From Eledone cirrhosa (Eukaryota), in contig CAXHJY010000108.1 in NCBI GenBank assembly GCA_964016885.1, positions 1 through 35,018 of the forward strand: a stretch of 35,018 nt of DNA, read 5' to 3'. Each line of letters starts with the position of its first letter. Position 1 is the stretch's first letter. The position numbers and the translations under genes were made by a program. The notes under the pieces were generated by a model. That model was not told the origin of the DNA. It saw only the letters and a program-made list of their open reading frames with translations, and did not search any database. This document shows, one piece after another, positions 13,236 to 33,240 of the stretch.

Positions 13236-14052
13236 CATCATCATCATCGTTTAACGTCCATGTTCCACGCTTGCATGGGTTTGGACGGGAGTTTTCCCAC
13301 TTGAGGTAAGAGTGGTTCTCTTGCTCACATAGGACTTTCTGGCGGATTTTCTACAGCTGGATGCCCTTCCTAACACCAACCACATTTACAGTGTGGGGCT
13401 GGGAGGTTTTTACCGTGTTGCCTACACGGCCACATTACAGCGTGGACTGTATGTTTTTTTTGTCGTGACACTAACACGATCTCATTTGTTTCGGCCTGGA
13501 TGTTGTGGCACCAACATGACTTTACATTGAAAGGGGCAGTGTGGATGGGGTGGGGGTGTATTTTGTTAGAGGTGCCTACTGACTGTAGTAGGTTTTACTT
13601 TGTATTTAGGTAAGGCGGGTCTTCTCTATTACTGAGTACCGCCAAAGATCTCGGTCCAGTGACATTGTCTTGGAGAGGTGTAAGTGTGTGAGGTCGGAAT
13701 TTATCAGGTCGTCCCAGGTTTTTCTGGGTCTGCCTACTCCGTGGCTACCGTCTATCTTTATTGCCCTGCACTTTTTTATACAGCTGTCGTCTTTCATGCG
13801 CATCACGTGACCATACCAACGTAGCCATCTCTCAAGTAAACAACATCTGATCCCTCTTATTTCTAATTTTTCCCTTAGTTCGTTTATGCTTTGCCGTTCA
13901 CGTATATTACTATTACACATCCAGCGGAGCATGCAAGCTTCGTTCCTCTCTAGTCTGCGTATATCCTCTGCACACAATGCCCAGGTCTCACTGCCATGCA
14001 ACATTGCTGTTCGTATGCAGGCATCATACAACCTGCCTTTCATTTTTAGGGA
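13236..14052 (-). mobile_element. RTE LINE family A, 5'-truncated copy (ORF remnant 13606-14052)
   Basis: Near-identical to 8192-9030; [24 protein letters not shown]...[12 protein letters not shown]. Confidence 0.95.
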
Positions 14053-14071
14053 TATACATATATATATATAC

Positions 14072-14298
<227 letters not shown>

Positions 14299-14313
14299 CA
14301 TATATATATATAC

Positions 14314-14364
<51 letters not shown>

Positions 14365-14379
14365 CATATATATATATAC

Positions 14380-14424
<45 letters not shown>

Positions 14425-14425
14425 C

Positions 14426-16069
<1,644 letters not shown>

Positions 16070-16106
16070 CACATATATATATACATATATATATACATAT
16101 ATATAT

Positions 16107-16682
16107 ACTCTTTTACGTGTTTCAGCCATCCGGCTGAGGCCATGCTGGGGCACCGCCCTTGTTGCTACACATTTTATCTCCAGCCTGTATAGGTTGGCCA
16201 CTGGTGTAAGAGGGAGTTTGTTGCTGCTGCCCTTAGGTTTCCCTCGTGCCTTGCTGTGGGCTCATCCGGGATCCTGGATAACAAGGTGTCGAGATGTTTC
16301 TTGAAGACATCCACCTCCACGTCATGCAAATCTCTCAGATCCCTCGGCAGCTTGTTGAAGAGTTGAGGGCACTTGAATCCCAGGCTATTGCAATACCTAC
16401 TCCTTATTCTAGATGTGGAAGACGGGACCTTTGGCATCACACAGTGACGTCCTGTTCGACGGTTGGTCCAGCTCCGAATGCCAAAGTTTGGTGCTAGTCC
16501 CTCCAGGATTTTCCACATGTAGATCACTGCGTATCTCTCCCGTCTTCGTTCCAAGGAGTAGAGGTTCAGTTCCTTTAGCCTCTCCCAGTAGTTTGTCTCC
16601 TTCATCGTGGCAATCCTCTTGGTGTAGCTTCGCTGGATTGCCTCAAGCTCTGTGGTTAGTTTGACACTATGGGGTGACCACA
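16107..16682 (-). mobile_element. CR1-group LINE 3' fragment (ORF2 C-terminus 16174-16680 plus 3' UTR), a different family from 19878-24053
   Basis: WSPH...[12 protein letters not shown]...[20 protein letters not shown]...[16 protein letters not shown]...NSL aligns by eye to the C-terminus of the 19965-22985 ORF. Confidence 0.88.
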
Positions 16683-17565
<883 letters not shown>

Positions 17566-17598
17566 TATATATATACATAGATATATACATATATATAC

Positions 17599-17633
<35 letters not shown>

Positions 17634-17634
17634 C

Positions 17635-17677
<43 letters not shown>

Positions 17678-17696
17678 TATACATATATAAATATAT

Positions 17697-18044
17697 CATC
17701 ATCATCATCATCATCATCATCGTTTAACGTCCATATTCCACGCTTGCATGGGTTTGGACGGGAGTTTTCCCACTTGAGGCAAGAATGGTTGTCTTGCTCG
17801 CATAGGACTGTCTGGCGGGTTTTCTACAGTTGGATGCCCTTCCTAACACCAACCACATTTACAGTGTGGAACTGGGAGGTTTTTACCGTGTTGCCTACAC
17901 GGCCACATTACAGCGTGGACTGTGTGTTTTTTTGTCGTGACACCTACACGACCTCATTTGTTTCGGGCTGGATGTTGTGACACCAACATAACTTTACATT
18001 GAAGGGGTGGTGTGGATGGGGTGGGGGTAGTGGGACGGGGTGTA
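17697..18044 (-). mobile_element. RTE LINE family A, 3' UTR-only copy
   Basis: Matches 8192-8535. Confidence 0.9.
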
Positions 18045-18263
18045 TATATATATATACATATATATATATATACATATATATATATACATATATATATATA
18101 TACATATATATATACACATATATATATATACATATATATATATACATATATATATATACATATATATATATGTATATATATACATATATATATATACATA
18201 TATATACATATATACATATATATATATACATATATATACATATACATATATATATATATACAT

Positions 18264-18554
18264 ATCATCATCATCATCATCAGGTTTAGCGTCCGTGTTC
18301 CACGCTTGCATGGGTTTGGACGGGGGTTTTCCCACTTGAGGCAAGAGTGGTTGTCTTGCTCGCATAGGACTGTCTGGCGGGTTTTCTACAGTTGGATGCC
18401 CTTCCTAACACCAACCACATTTACAGTGTGGGGCTGGGAGGTTTTTACCGTGTTGCCTACACGGCCACATTACAGCGTGGACTGTCTGGCGGGTTTTCTA
18501 CAGCTGGATGCCCTTCCTAACACCAACCACATTTACTGTGTGGGGCTGGGAGGT
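18264..18554 (-). mobile_element. RTE LINE family A 3' UTR copy with internal 76-bp duplication
   Basis: 18367-18442 is repeated at 18479-18554. Confidence 0.9.
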
Positions 18555-18563
18555 ATATATACA

Positions 18564-18595
<32 letters not shown>

Positions 18596-18763
18596 CATAT
18601 ATATACATATATATATACATATATATATACATATATATATACATATATATACATATATATATACATATATACATATATATATATATGTACATATATATAT
18701 ATATATGTACATATATATATACATATATATATATGTATATATATACATATATATATATATATG

Positions 18764-18805
<42 letters not shown>

Positions 18806-18820
18806 CATATATATATATAC

Positions 18821-18872
<52 letters not shown>

Positions 18873-18885
18873 GTATATATATACA

Positions 18886-18917
<32 letters not shown>

Positions 18918-18970
18918 CATATATATATATGTATATATATATACATATATATATATGTATATATATATAC

Positions 18971-19010
<40 letters not shown>

Positions 19011-19022
19011 GTATATATATAC

Positions 19023-19053
<31 letters not shown>

Positions 19054-19054
19054 T

Positions 19055-19647
19055 ATAATATAAGATCAAAAGATGGTTAAAGGAGTTCCATATATTTTAT
19101 TATGCGCATTTCAAAAACAAACATCATCAAGCAATAATATTTGTGTTTTCATCAGATTAAACATATCCTCCCTTCGTTAATTTTCAAAATTTTTAATTTA
19201 TACAGTATCTTCCAACGGATTTCAACCCCTCTATGTAAAAAATATATCTCCTCTCAGTTATAAAAACTATCTCTTTCTCTCTATCACCCATCTCTCCCTC
19301 TCATCTCCTTCCCTTTTCATCCTCCCCCCCCCCCCCCCCCCTCTCTAAATAAAATATTTTCCCCAATATCACACATCAATCTAAAACCACTTTTCATATG
19401 TTGATTTAAAACTGCACTATCCACAAGTGTTTTTTAGCCTTCATATCATGTTCTGTTTTATCTGATGAAAACACAAATATTATTGCTTGATGATGTTTGT
19501 TTTTGAAATGCGCATAATAAAATATATGGAACTCCTTTAACCATCTTTTGATCTTATATTATGCATACTCCAGTCCCACAAACTGTAGAGTGCTTCTTAT
19601 CCGATATCTGCATTGCTTTATTGTACTACAATAAAACTCACCTCCTA
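19055..19647 (+). mobile_element. Non-coding Penelope-like/retrozyme-like element with 5' inverted copy of its hammerhead region
   Basis: 103-bp inverted repeat 19055-19157/19460-19562 without indels; CT-rich interior with C18 (19324-19341); complete hammerhead; TA arrays on both sides. Confidence 0.75.
19455..19523 (+). ncRNA. Type I hammerhead ribozyme
   Basis: Helix I GUUUUAU(19455-61)/AUAAAAU(19517-23); CUGAUGA(19462-68); helix II AAACACAAAU/GUUUGUUUUU; GAAA(19505-08); palindromic helix III AUGCGCAU; triplet AUA, cut predicted after 19516. Confidence 0.82.
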
Positions 19648-19657
19648 CATATACATA

Positions 19658-19781
<124 letters not shown>

Positions 19782-19964
19782 CATATATATATACATATAT
19801 ATACATATATATATACATATATATACATATATATATACATATATTTACATATATATATATATATATACATATATATATAACTTTGAATAACTTTGAAATG
19901 TTTTGGCCAGTATTGGCCCAGGCCATGTCTAACTTAATAGCACCACCTGGCGAAGTCTTTCAAT

Positions 19965-22900
19965 TCAGGATTTGGGCACCATGGCCCATTCGAGAAGAGA
20001 ATTACTGTTTGCGGAGACATATCCGGGTGTGGGTGGTTTGTCCGGGATTACTTGGAGGAATTTGTCCAAAGACTTCTTGAATTTTGTGTGGTCAGTTTCT
20101 GTTTTGACGTGTCCTGGTGTGATGTTGAAGAGAGCAGGGCCGATTGAGGTGAAATAATTGTGCCGTATTGTTGTTATGAGTTGCGATTTAGATTTTTGAA
20201 TGGGACGGATAGCACGGGGCCCAAGCCTTGGGTGTATCTTGAAGGCGATGCCAACATCATTTGGGCAGTGATGATGGAACATTTTCCACATCATGCAGAT
20301 AATATAACGCTCACGGCGACGTTGGAGTGAGTAAAGTTTCAGGTTTTCCAATCGACCCCAGTAATCAAGGTCTGACATGCCATCTATCTTTTTCGTGATT
20401 GCCCTTTGAGGAGCTTCAAGTTTCATGATACTTTGTTTCGTGTGGGGAGACCACAGTGGACAACAGTATTCAAGGTGTGGTCGGGCGAAAGTAGAGAAGA
20501 GAAGGATAATGGTGCGGGAATCTCTCGACTGGAAGGTTCTGAGGATCCAGGAACACATTCTGCGGGCCATGTCAACTTTGCTGCTTATATGCGTGGTCCA
20601 GCTTATGTTGCTGTCCACGGTTACTCCCAAGTCTCTGATGTTGTTAGATGCCACGAGAGTTTCCCCGGAGGGAAGGGAGTACGGGAGTTTCAGAGCATCC
20701 TCTTTTCCAAAGTGGATCAGTTCGAATTTGTCTTCGTTCAGTAACATGTTGTTCTTTTCTGCCCATTGGGTAACAGCCAGTAGGTCTGACTGAAGGCTTA
20801 TCCGGTCATCCACGCCATTGATGACCTTTTGGAGCTTGGAATCATCAGCGAAAATTTTAATGTTGCTGTGTTTGATGATGTCAGTGATGTCATTAATATA
20901 GATGATGAAGAGAAGTGGGCCCAACACAGTGCCTTGTGGGACTCCACTACTGACTTTGGCTGGGCTTGATTTGACTCCCTCAACTACAACATGTTGGGTT
21001 CTGTTTGACAGGAAGCTCTTGATCCACTGCAGCAGCTTTCCAGTGACACCAATATTGGACAGCTTTCTCAGTAGAATGTTATGATCAACCCTGTCAAAGG
21101 CCTTGCTGAAATCAAGGTAGATAACATCAGTGTTGGAACCCTCTCCCAAGGCTCTCAAAATGTTATCAAAGTGATGCAGTAGTTGCGTCAGGCAATCCCT
21201 TCCATTACGGAATCCATGCTGGTTGGAGTTCAGCATATTGTTACTCTCAAGGAAGTGGGTCATTCGCGATCTCACCACTCGCTCAAATACCTTAATGATA
21301 TGAGAGGTGAGTGAGATTGGACGGAAATTCACGGCAAGGGATTTGTTTCCCTTTTTGAAAACTGGGACAACAGACTGGGATAGAAGGTTTTCTGGCACAT
21401 ATCCAGCATCCAGTGAGTTCCGCCACAGATTGGCAAGAGGAGAAGCAAGTTGGTGTTGACACGCCTTCAAGACACAAGCAGGGAACCTATCGGGACCTAC
21501 TGCTGAATTATGCTTGATTTCCTTTATTGCCGCCAAGACATCAGGGGCGCCAAACGTTATGTCCGATAAGGTGTAATGGGGAGTAACATCGCCGATACAG
21601 CCCAGATCGGCCATATCAGGATTGCTGAAAACAGAGCAGTATTGTTTCTGCAGTATCTCACCCATGGTTTTAGCATTGTCTTGAAGAGTGCCATTTTCAT
21701 CAATTAGAGGGCCAACAGTAGAGCCAGTGATTTTGTGTTTTTTTGCAAATGAAAAGAACACTTTGGGATTAAGTTTGATCTTCTCAATGGCCCAGGCCTC
21801 TTCAGCTCTTCTCTGATTGTTGATGAGGGACATTATGTTGTTTTGGAGGTTATGTTTTTTAATCTCTAGTGATGAAATGGCAGTCAAGTTGATGTGTTGC
21901 TGCTGACAGTATTTCAGATTGTTGATTTTTTTGTTCGTTCTCTTAATTTTTCTGATGAGCGTTTTTCTATTTCTAGGGATTCTGCTCTTAGATTTGTTTA
22001 TAGTTCTTAATGGGGTGTGTTTAGCACATATGTTTGTAACAGTGTCCACAAATGTCTGCCAGGACTTTTTGATGTTAGTGGGTGTATGAGTGTGCGTGAA
22101 GGACCAGTCGACATGTGCAAGATCATGACTGATCGCTTCCCAGTTTGCATTGTGGAAATCCATAGCGTCAAACGGATGGACAGGAGAAATGACATTGGGT
22201 TTGTATATTGGACGGTGGAATCTCAGATCACAGAGAACCATGTCATGATCAGAGAGTAGAGTTTTCTCCACTGCAATATTGTGGATATTGTCAGTGTGAT
22301 TGCTGAAAATTAAGTCTAGGACGTTTTTGTGGCACCTCGTTGGTTCGAGCACTAGTTGGGATAGGAAGAAATCATCCATGAAGTCAAGAAGCGATTCCAC
22401 AGCTTCCCTGTCAGAGGTTGAGGCAGAAGAACCTGGTGGCAGGGTGTTTGTGGACCAGTCAACTCCGGGGAGGTTGAAGTCCCCCATCATTAAGATGTTG
22501 TCAGGGTGACACTCTTGGATGAAACACTTTATGCTGTTGAGGCATTCCTTGAAGCATGGTACAGGCGTTTGGGGTGGCCTATAGAGCCCAACTACTAATA
22601 GGTTGTTGGTTTGACTGAATACAGTGACTGCCTCACAGTATCCATTAGTGAATATGTTCATAGCCTCTGTTGAGAAAGAATTATGGACATAAATGGCAGT
22701 TCCGCCCTTTCTTCTGCCAGCGCGATCAGCACGGATGGCTTTGAAATTTTTCACTTTCACCTCGGCTTCCAAGTGGAGGTTACTGAGATGGGTTTCAGTG
22801 AGGACGAAGAAAGGGATGTGGTTTGGATGGACATCAATCCAGTCCTCCAGGAATTTGATCTTCCATTTTTGAGTATTGGTGGAAGGGCTGATGCCTTGGG

Positions 22901-22985
22901 CGTTAAGCAAAAATGTAGAGGCGAGAGTGGATGGTTTTAATTGTTTTGGTGTGTTGTTAATTTGTTTGTTTGTTAATGGCAGCAA
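19965..22985 (-). CDS. LINE ORF2: AP endonuclease plus reverse transcriptase (1006 aa from TTG; frame open from 23102)
   Basis: EN motifs NAQG, ETHL, GGTAIYV, YRPP, GDFN, LDLIF, SDH; RT motifs [45 protein letters not shown]; no stops. Confidence 0.96.
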   Translation of the reverse strand: MLPLTNKQINNTPKQLKPSTLASTFLLNAQGISPSTNTQKWKIKFLEDWIDVHPNHIPFFVLTETHLSNLHLEAEVKVKNFKAIRADRAGRRKGGTAIYVHNSFSTEAMNIFTNGYCEAVTVFSQTNNLLVVGLYRPPQTPVPCFKECLNSIKCFIQECHPDNILMMGDFNLPGVDWSTNTLPPGSSASTSDREAVESLLDFMDDFFLSQLVLEPTRCHKNVLDLIFSNHTDNIHNIAVEKTLLSDHDMVLCDLRFHRPIYKPNVISPVHPFDAMDFHNANWEAISHDLAHVDWSFTHTHTPTNIKKSWQTFVDTVTNICAKHTPLRTINKSKSRIPRNRKTLIRKIKRTNKKINNLKYCQQQHINLTAISSLEIKKHNLQNNIMSLINNQRRAEEAWAIEKIKLNPKVFFSFAKKHKITGSTVGPLIDENGTLQDNAKTMGEILQKQYCSVFSNPDMADLGCIGDVTPHYTLSDITFGAPDVLAAIKEIKHNSAVGPDRFPACVLKACQHQLASPLANLWRNSLDAGYVPENLLSQSVVPVFKKGNKSLAVNFRPISLTSHIIKVFERVVRSRMTHFLESNNMLNSNQHGFRNGRDCLTQLLHHFDNILRALGEGSNTDVIYLDFSKAFDRVDHNILLRKLSNIGVTGKLLQWIKSFLSNRTQHVVVEGVKSSPAKVSSGVPQGTVLGPLLFIIYINDITDIIKHSNIKIFADDSKLQKVINGVDDRISLQSDLLAVTQWAEKNNMLLNEDKFELIHFGKEDALKLPYSLPSGETLVASNNIRDLGVTVDSNISWTTHISSKVDMARRMCSWILRTFQSRDSRTIILLFSTFARPHLEYCCPLWSPHTKQSIMKLEAPQRAITKKIDGMSDLDYWGRLENLKLYSLQRRRERYIICMMWKMFHHHCPNDVGIAFKIHPRLGPRAIRPIQKSKSQLITTIRHNYFTSIGPALFNITPGHVKTETDHTKFKKSLDKFLQVIPDKPPTPGYVSANSNSLLEWAMVPKS

Positions 22986-24053
22986 TGGGAGTTTGTGCAG
23001 TGGGGTGATAGTGGAGGGTGGTGCTGGGTGATAGCTCGAATGTTTTTTTCCAGTTCTTTTGCCAGATTCATTATGGCTAAAAAAGAGGAAGAAGTTTCCT
23101 GTTTAGAAGACTGTTGGTGACTGTGGTAGTGGTTATTTTTATGTAGGTTATGGTTTTTGTTTTTGCTTTTATTTTCATTTATCCGACGGGTCCCCGGGAG
23201 ATGGGTAAAGGGACAATCCCGGTCTAAACACAATCTGTCTCGCAGGGAAAAACGGCAGATTTGTGGATTCCTTGTTTGAGTTATTGGTGGTTGTGTTGGT
23301 GTTAAATTAGAGTATGTATTATGGTGGTGGCTGTTTGTGGGGATAGATCGTTTTGTCCTAGGTAAATGGGTGAATTTGCAGCCACTATCCGTACATATTC
23401 TATAGCGTAGAGAGTAGCGGCAAATGATGGGGTTTCGAGTGGGTGGGTATATGGGTGTGGGTGTTGTGAGAGGTGTAGATGATGGTTTGGGTAGGATTTG
23501 ACGACCTTTGTGGACTGTGGGAGGGAGAGTTCTTGTTCTGGTATTAGAAGGTAAATTCCTTGACATAGCAGTAGACAAAAATGTTGTAGTAGTAGTAGTA
23601 GTAGTAGGCAGAGATGTTGGCAGTGGTGATGATTGGACTGCTGGGCCAGAGAAAGGATGTGGCGTTTCATGCTGTGAGACAGAGGCTACTGGGGGGTCAA
23701 TAGTTTCATTTAGTAGATCGGCCATTGTTGATGAATCAAGGAGTGGTTCACACTGTTGTTGTTGCTGTTGTTGATGTTGTTGTTGTAGCTGTTGTTGATG
23801 TTGTTGTTGTTGCTGTTGTAGCTGCTGTTGTTGTTGTTGTTGCTGTTGTAGCTGCTGTTGTTGTTGTTGCTGCTGCTGGACAGCATTCGAAGAGAAAACA
23901 CACCGTAGTTTATCCAAATGTTTATTGATTACTTTAAAAGCAATTTCGATTTGCTTTAATTTATTTTGAATCTGTTGTTCAGATCGAGTTTTCAAAAATT
24001 GAACTGTACGTTTAGCAATGTCGTTCAGAGATGAAGCATCTATATCTTCTGAT
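22973..24053 (-). CDS. LINE ORF1 (5'-truncated) with poly-Q, poly-Thr and two CCCH zinc fingers
   Basis: Open frame immediately upstream of and overlapping ORF2; C-x8-C-x4-C-x3-H at 23366-23422 and 23201-23257; CAA/CAG tract at about 23753-23878. Confidence 0.8.
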
Positions 24054-25635
<1,582 letters not shown>

Positions 25636-25746
25636 ATCATCATCATCATCATCATCATCATTTTACGTCCGCTTTTCCCTGCTTGCAAGGGTGGGACGGG
25701 TCTTATTCAGCACAGCATCTCTCCACTCGTCACGGTCCCTCGTCAT
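25636..25746 (-). mobile_element. RTE LINE family C, 3' tip only
   Basis: [27 protein letters not shown] plus (ATG)n; same sequence as 15849-15956. Confidence 0.92.
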
Positions 25747-25804
25747 ATATATATATATACATATATAAATATATATACATACATATATAAATATATATAC
25801 ATAC

Positions 25805-25886
<82 letters not shown>

Positions 25887-25938
25887 ATATATACACATAT
25901 ATATATACATATATATATACACATATATATATACACAC

Positions 25939-25970
<32 letters not shown>

Positions 25971-26041
25971 ATATATACATATATATATACACATATAGAT
26001 ATATATATATACATATATATATATATACATATATATATATA

Positions 26042-27146
26042 CATCATCATCATCATCATCATCGTTTTACGTCCGTTCTTCCACGCTAGCATGGGTTAGA
26101 CGGGTTGTCCTGTTGTGGGCAGTGTCTGGTCGGCTGACCATGCCTTGCTCATACAGGAACTGATATGGCTTGACTTCTACAGCTGGATGCTCTTCGTAAC
26201 ACCAACCTCATTTACAGTGAGTGCTGGGTGCTTTTTCGTGGCGCCTACACGTCCACTTTACAGTGTGGGCTGGGTGCTTTTTTGCCGTGGCACCTCCACG
26301 ACCACCTTGCGGTGGGGGGTGTGGAGGCATATTGTCTATATGCTTCAGCTTGTACCCATGGGAGGTCGGGTACTCTGTATTACTGCGTGACGCCAGAAGT
26401 CACGGTCATGTGTCATTGTCTTTGAGAGGTGTAATTGGGTAAGGTCGGCTTTTATCACCTCATCCCAGGTCATCTTGGGTCTCCCCACTCCGCGGTTTTC
26501 ATAAACTTCTAGTGCTCTGCACCTTTTTATGCAGCTATCATCCTTCATACGCATCACATGTCCATACCAGCGCAACCGCCTCTCCTGCACACAGCATTTG
26601 ATTCGTCTTATGCTCAGTCTCTCTCTCAATTCATTTATGCTTTGTCGTTCACGTATATTACTGTTACACATCCATCGGAGCATGCAGGCTTCATTTCTCT
26701 CTAATCTACGTAAGTCTTCCACCTTCAGCGCCCAGGTCTTACTACCATGCAACATTGTTGTTCGGATACACGCATCATACAGTCTGCCTTTCATTCTGAG
26801 GGAGAAGCCTTTTGCAGCTAGCAGTGGTAGTAGTTCCCTAAACTTCTTCCATCCCGTTCTTACCCTAGTTATTGTACTTTCTGAACACCCACCTCCGCTG
26901 CTAATTCGGTCACCTAGGGAGCAGAAGCTGTCTACTGTTTCTACAGAGCCCTCCCAGAGATTGGTGGTACTTGTTTCCTGTGGCTGTTTGCTGCTTGCTG
27001 TCCCAGCACAGCTGCTGCATGTGAAGACTACGTTCTTAATTAAGCTTCCTGAGATCCCGCTACATCTCTTGTGTACCCATTGTTTGCATTTGGGGCACAG
27101 AATGGAGTTCCTACCTACACCTTTCCTACATACTGAGCAAGGCCAT
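26042..27146 (-). mobile_element. RTE LINE family B, 5'-truncated copy (ORF remnant 26345-27146)
   Basis: Near-identical to 10561-11665; begins at [14 protein letters not shown]. Confidence 0.95.
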
Positions 27147-27391
27147 ATATATATATATATATATATATATACAAATATATAATATATATATATATACATA
27201 CATATATATATACATACATATATATATATACATACATATATATATATACATATACATATATATACATATATATATATACATATATATACATACATATATA
27301 TATATACATATATATATATACATATATATATATACATATATATATATACATATATATATATACATATATATATATACATATATATATATAC

Positions 27392-27468
<77 letters not shown>

Positions 27469-27681
27469 CATATATATATACATATATATATACATACATA
27501 TATATATACATATATATATACATGCATATATATATACATATATATATACATGCATATATATATACATATATATATACATACATATATATATACATATATA
27601 TATACATACATATATATATACATATATATATATATACATATATATATACATGCATATATATATACATATATATATACATAC

Positions 27682-27712
<31 letters not shown>

Positions 27713-27875
27713 CATATATATATACATATATATATAAATATATATATACATATATATACATATATATACATATATATATATATACATATATATATATACA
27801 TATATATATACATATATATATACATATATATATACATATATATACATATATATATGTATATATACAACATATATA

Positions 27876-27937
<62 letters not shown>

Positions 27938-27938
27938 C

Positions 27939-27971
<33 letters not shown>

Positions 27972-28025
27972 CATATATATATGTATATATATATATATAT
28001 ATACATATATATGTATATATACATA

Positions 28026-28113
<88 letters not shown>

Positions 28114-28119
28114 CATATA

Positions 28120-28157
<38 letters not shown>

Positions 28158-28203
28158 CATATATATATGTATATATACATATATATATGTATATATACAT
28201 ATA

Positions 28204-28235
<32 letters not shown>

Positions 28236-28429
28236 CATATATATACATATATATACATATATATACACATATATACATATATATATATATATATAAACAT
28301 ATATATACATATATATATACATATACATATATATATATGCATATATATATATATACATATATATATACATATATACATATATATATATACATATATATAT
28401 GTACACATATATATATATATATATAGATA

Positions 28430-28520
<91 letters not shown>

Positions 28521-28531
28521 TATACATATAC

Positions 28532-28618
<87 letters not shown>

Positions 28619-28627
28619 ACATATACA

Positions 28628-28659
<32 letters not shown>

Positions 28660-28692
28660 CATATATATATATACATATATATATATACATAT
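27147..28692. repeat. (TA)n/(TACA)n microsatellite
   Basis: Directly visible. Confidence 0.97.
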
Positions 28693-29278
28693 AAAAAATG
28701 TATGTAAATATAAAAATTAGCCCTGAATTTTTGTATTTACATACATTTTTTCGACATGCGTATGCATGTGAACATATATTTTTATGCATATCTGTGAACG
28801 AAGTTACTTACATATATACACACACCTAACTGTATTTTCTTGATATATTTTTCTGTATTTCATTGGTCAATTTGAACTCTGTTCCCAAACAGACCTGTAA
28901 TTTTGAATTGTTGTTATTATCAATAAATATATTTCATTATTTCTGAAGACGGCATATGTATGTGTTGGTATGTATATTATATTTGATAGTTTGTATAATT
29001 TTGTATAATTTTGTACATAGATCTGTTGAATATGCATGCCAATTCTAACACATATATGTCCTAGAAACGATCGTTAAATAATGAACTTTTTTTGTTTAAT
29101 ATAAGGAACTGTTTCATTGTTTTATTCATTATTTTTTTAATACTTTATCTTGACTCTGTATTCCGTTTATCTTTCACCGAAAGTGATTTTTGAATGCATC
29201 TCTTCTTTCCATGATATCCGGATTACATTGAGTTCTTCATACGGATTGGACACTACCGTAAACTCTTGGTAGATTTAT
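28693..29278 (+). mobile_element. Non-coding Penelope-like/retrozyme-like element beginning with a fold-back hairpin
   Basis: 26-bp inverted repeat 28693-28718/28726-28751 at the TA junction; internal complete hammerhead; no ORF; TA arrays on both sides. Confidence 0.65.
28933..29085 (+). ncRNA. Type I hammerhead ribozyme with extended helix II
   Basis: Perfect 10-bp helix I UUCAUUAUUU(28933-42)/AAAUAAUGAA(29076-85); CUGAAGA(28943-49); long helix II (28951-68 pairs with 29045-60, and 28965-78 can pair with 29029-42); GAAAC(29064-68); palindrome ACGAUCGU; triplet GUU, cut predicted after 29075. Confidence 0.8.

Positions 29279-33240
<3,962 letters not shown>

Larger units (their letters stand above)
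19878..24053 (-). mobile_element. CR1-group non-LTR retrotransposon, 3' end complete, 5'-truncated within ORF1
   Basis: ORF1 remnant, intact ORF2, short 3' UTR with hairpin GGCCA-atac-TGGCC and terminal (TTCAAAGTTA)2 repeat. Confidence 0.92.
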
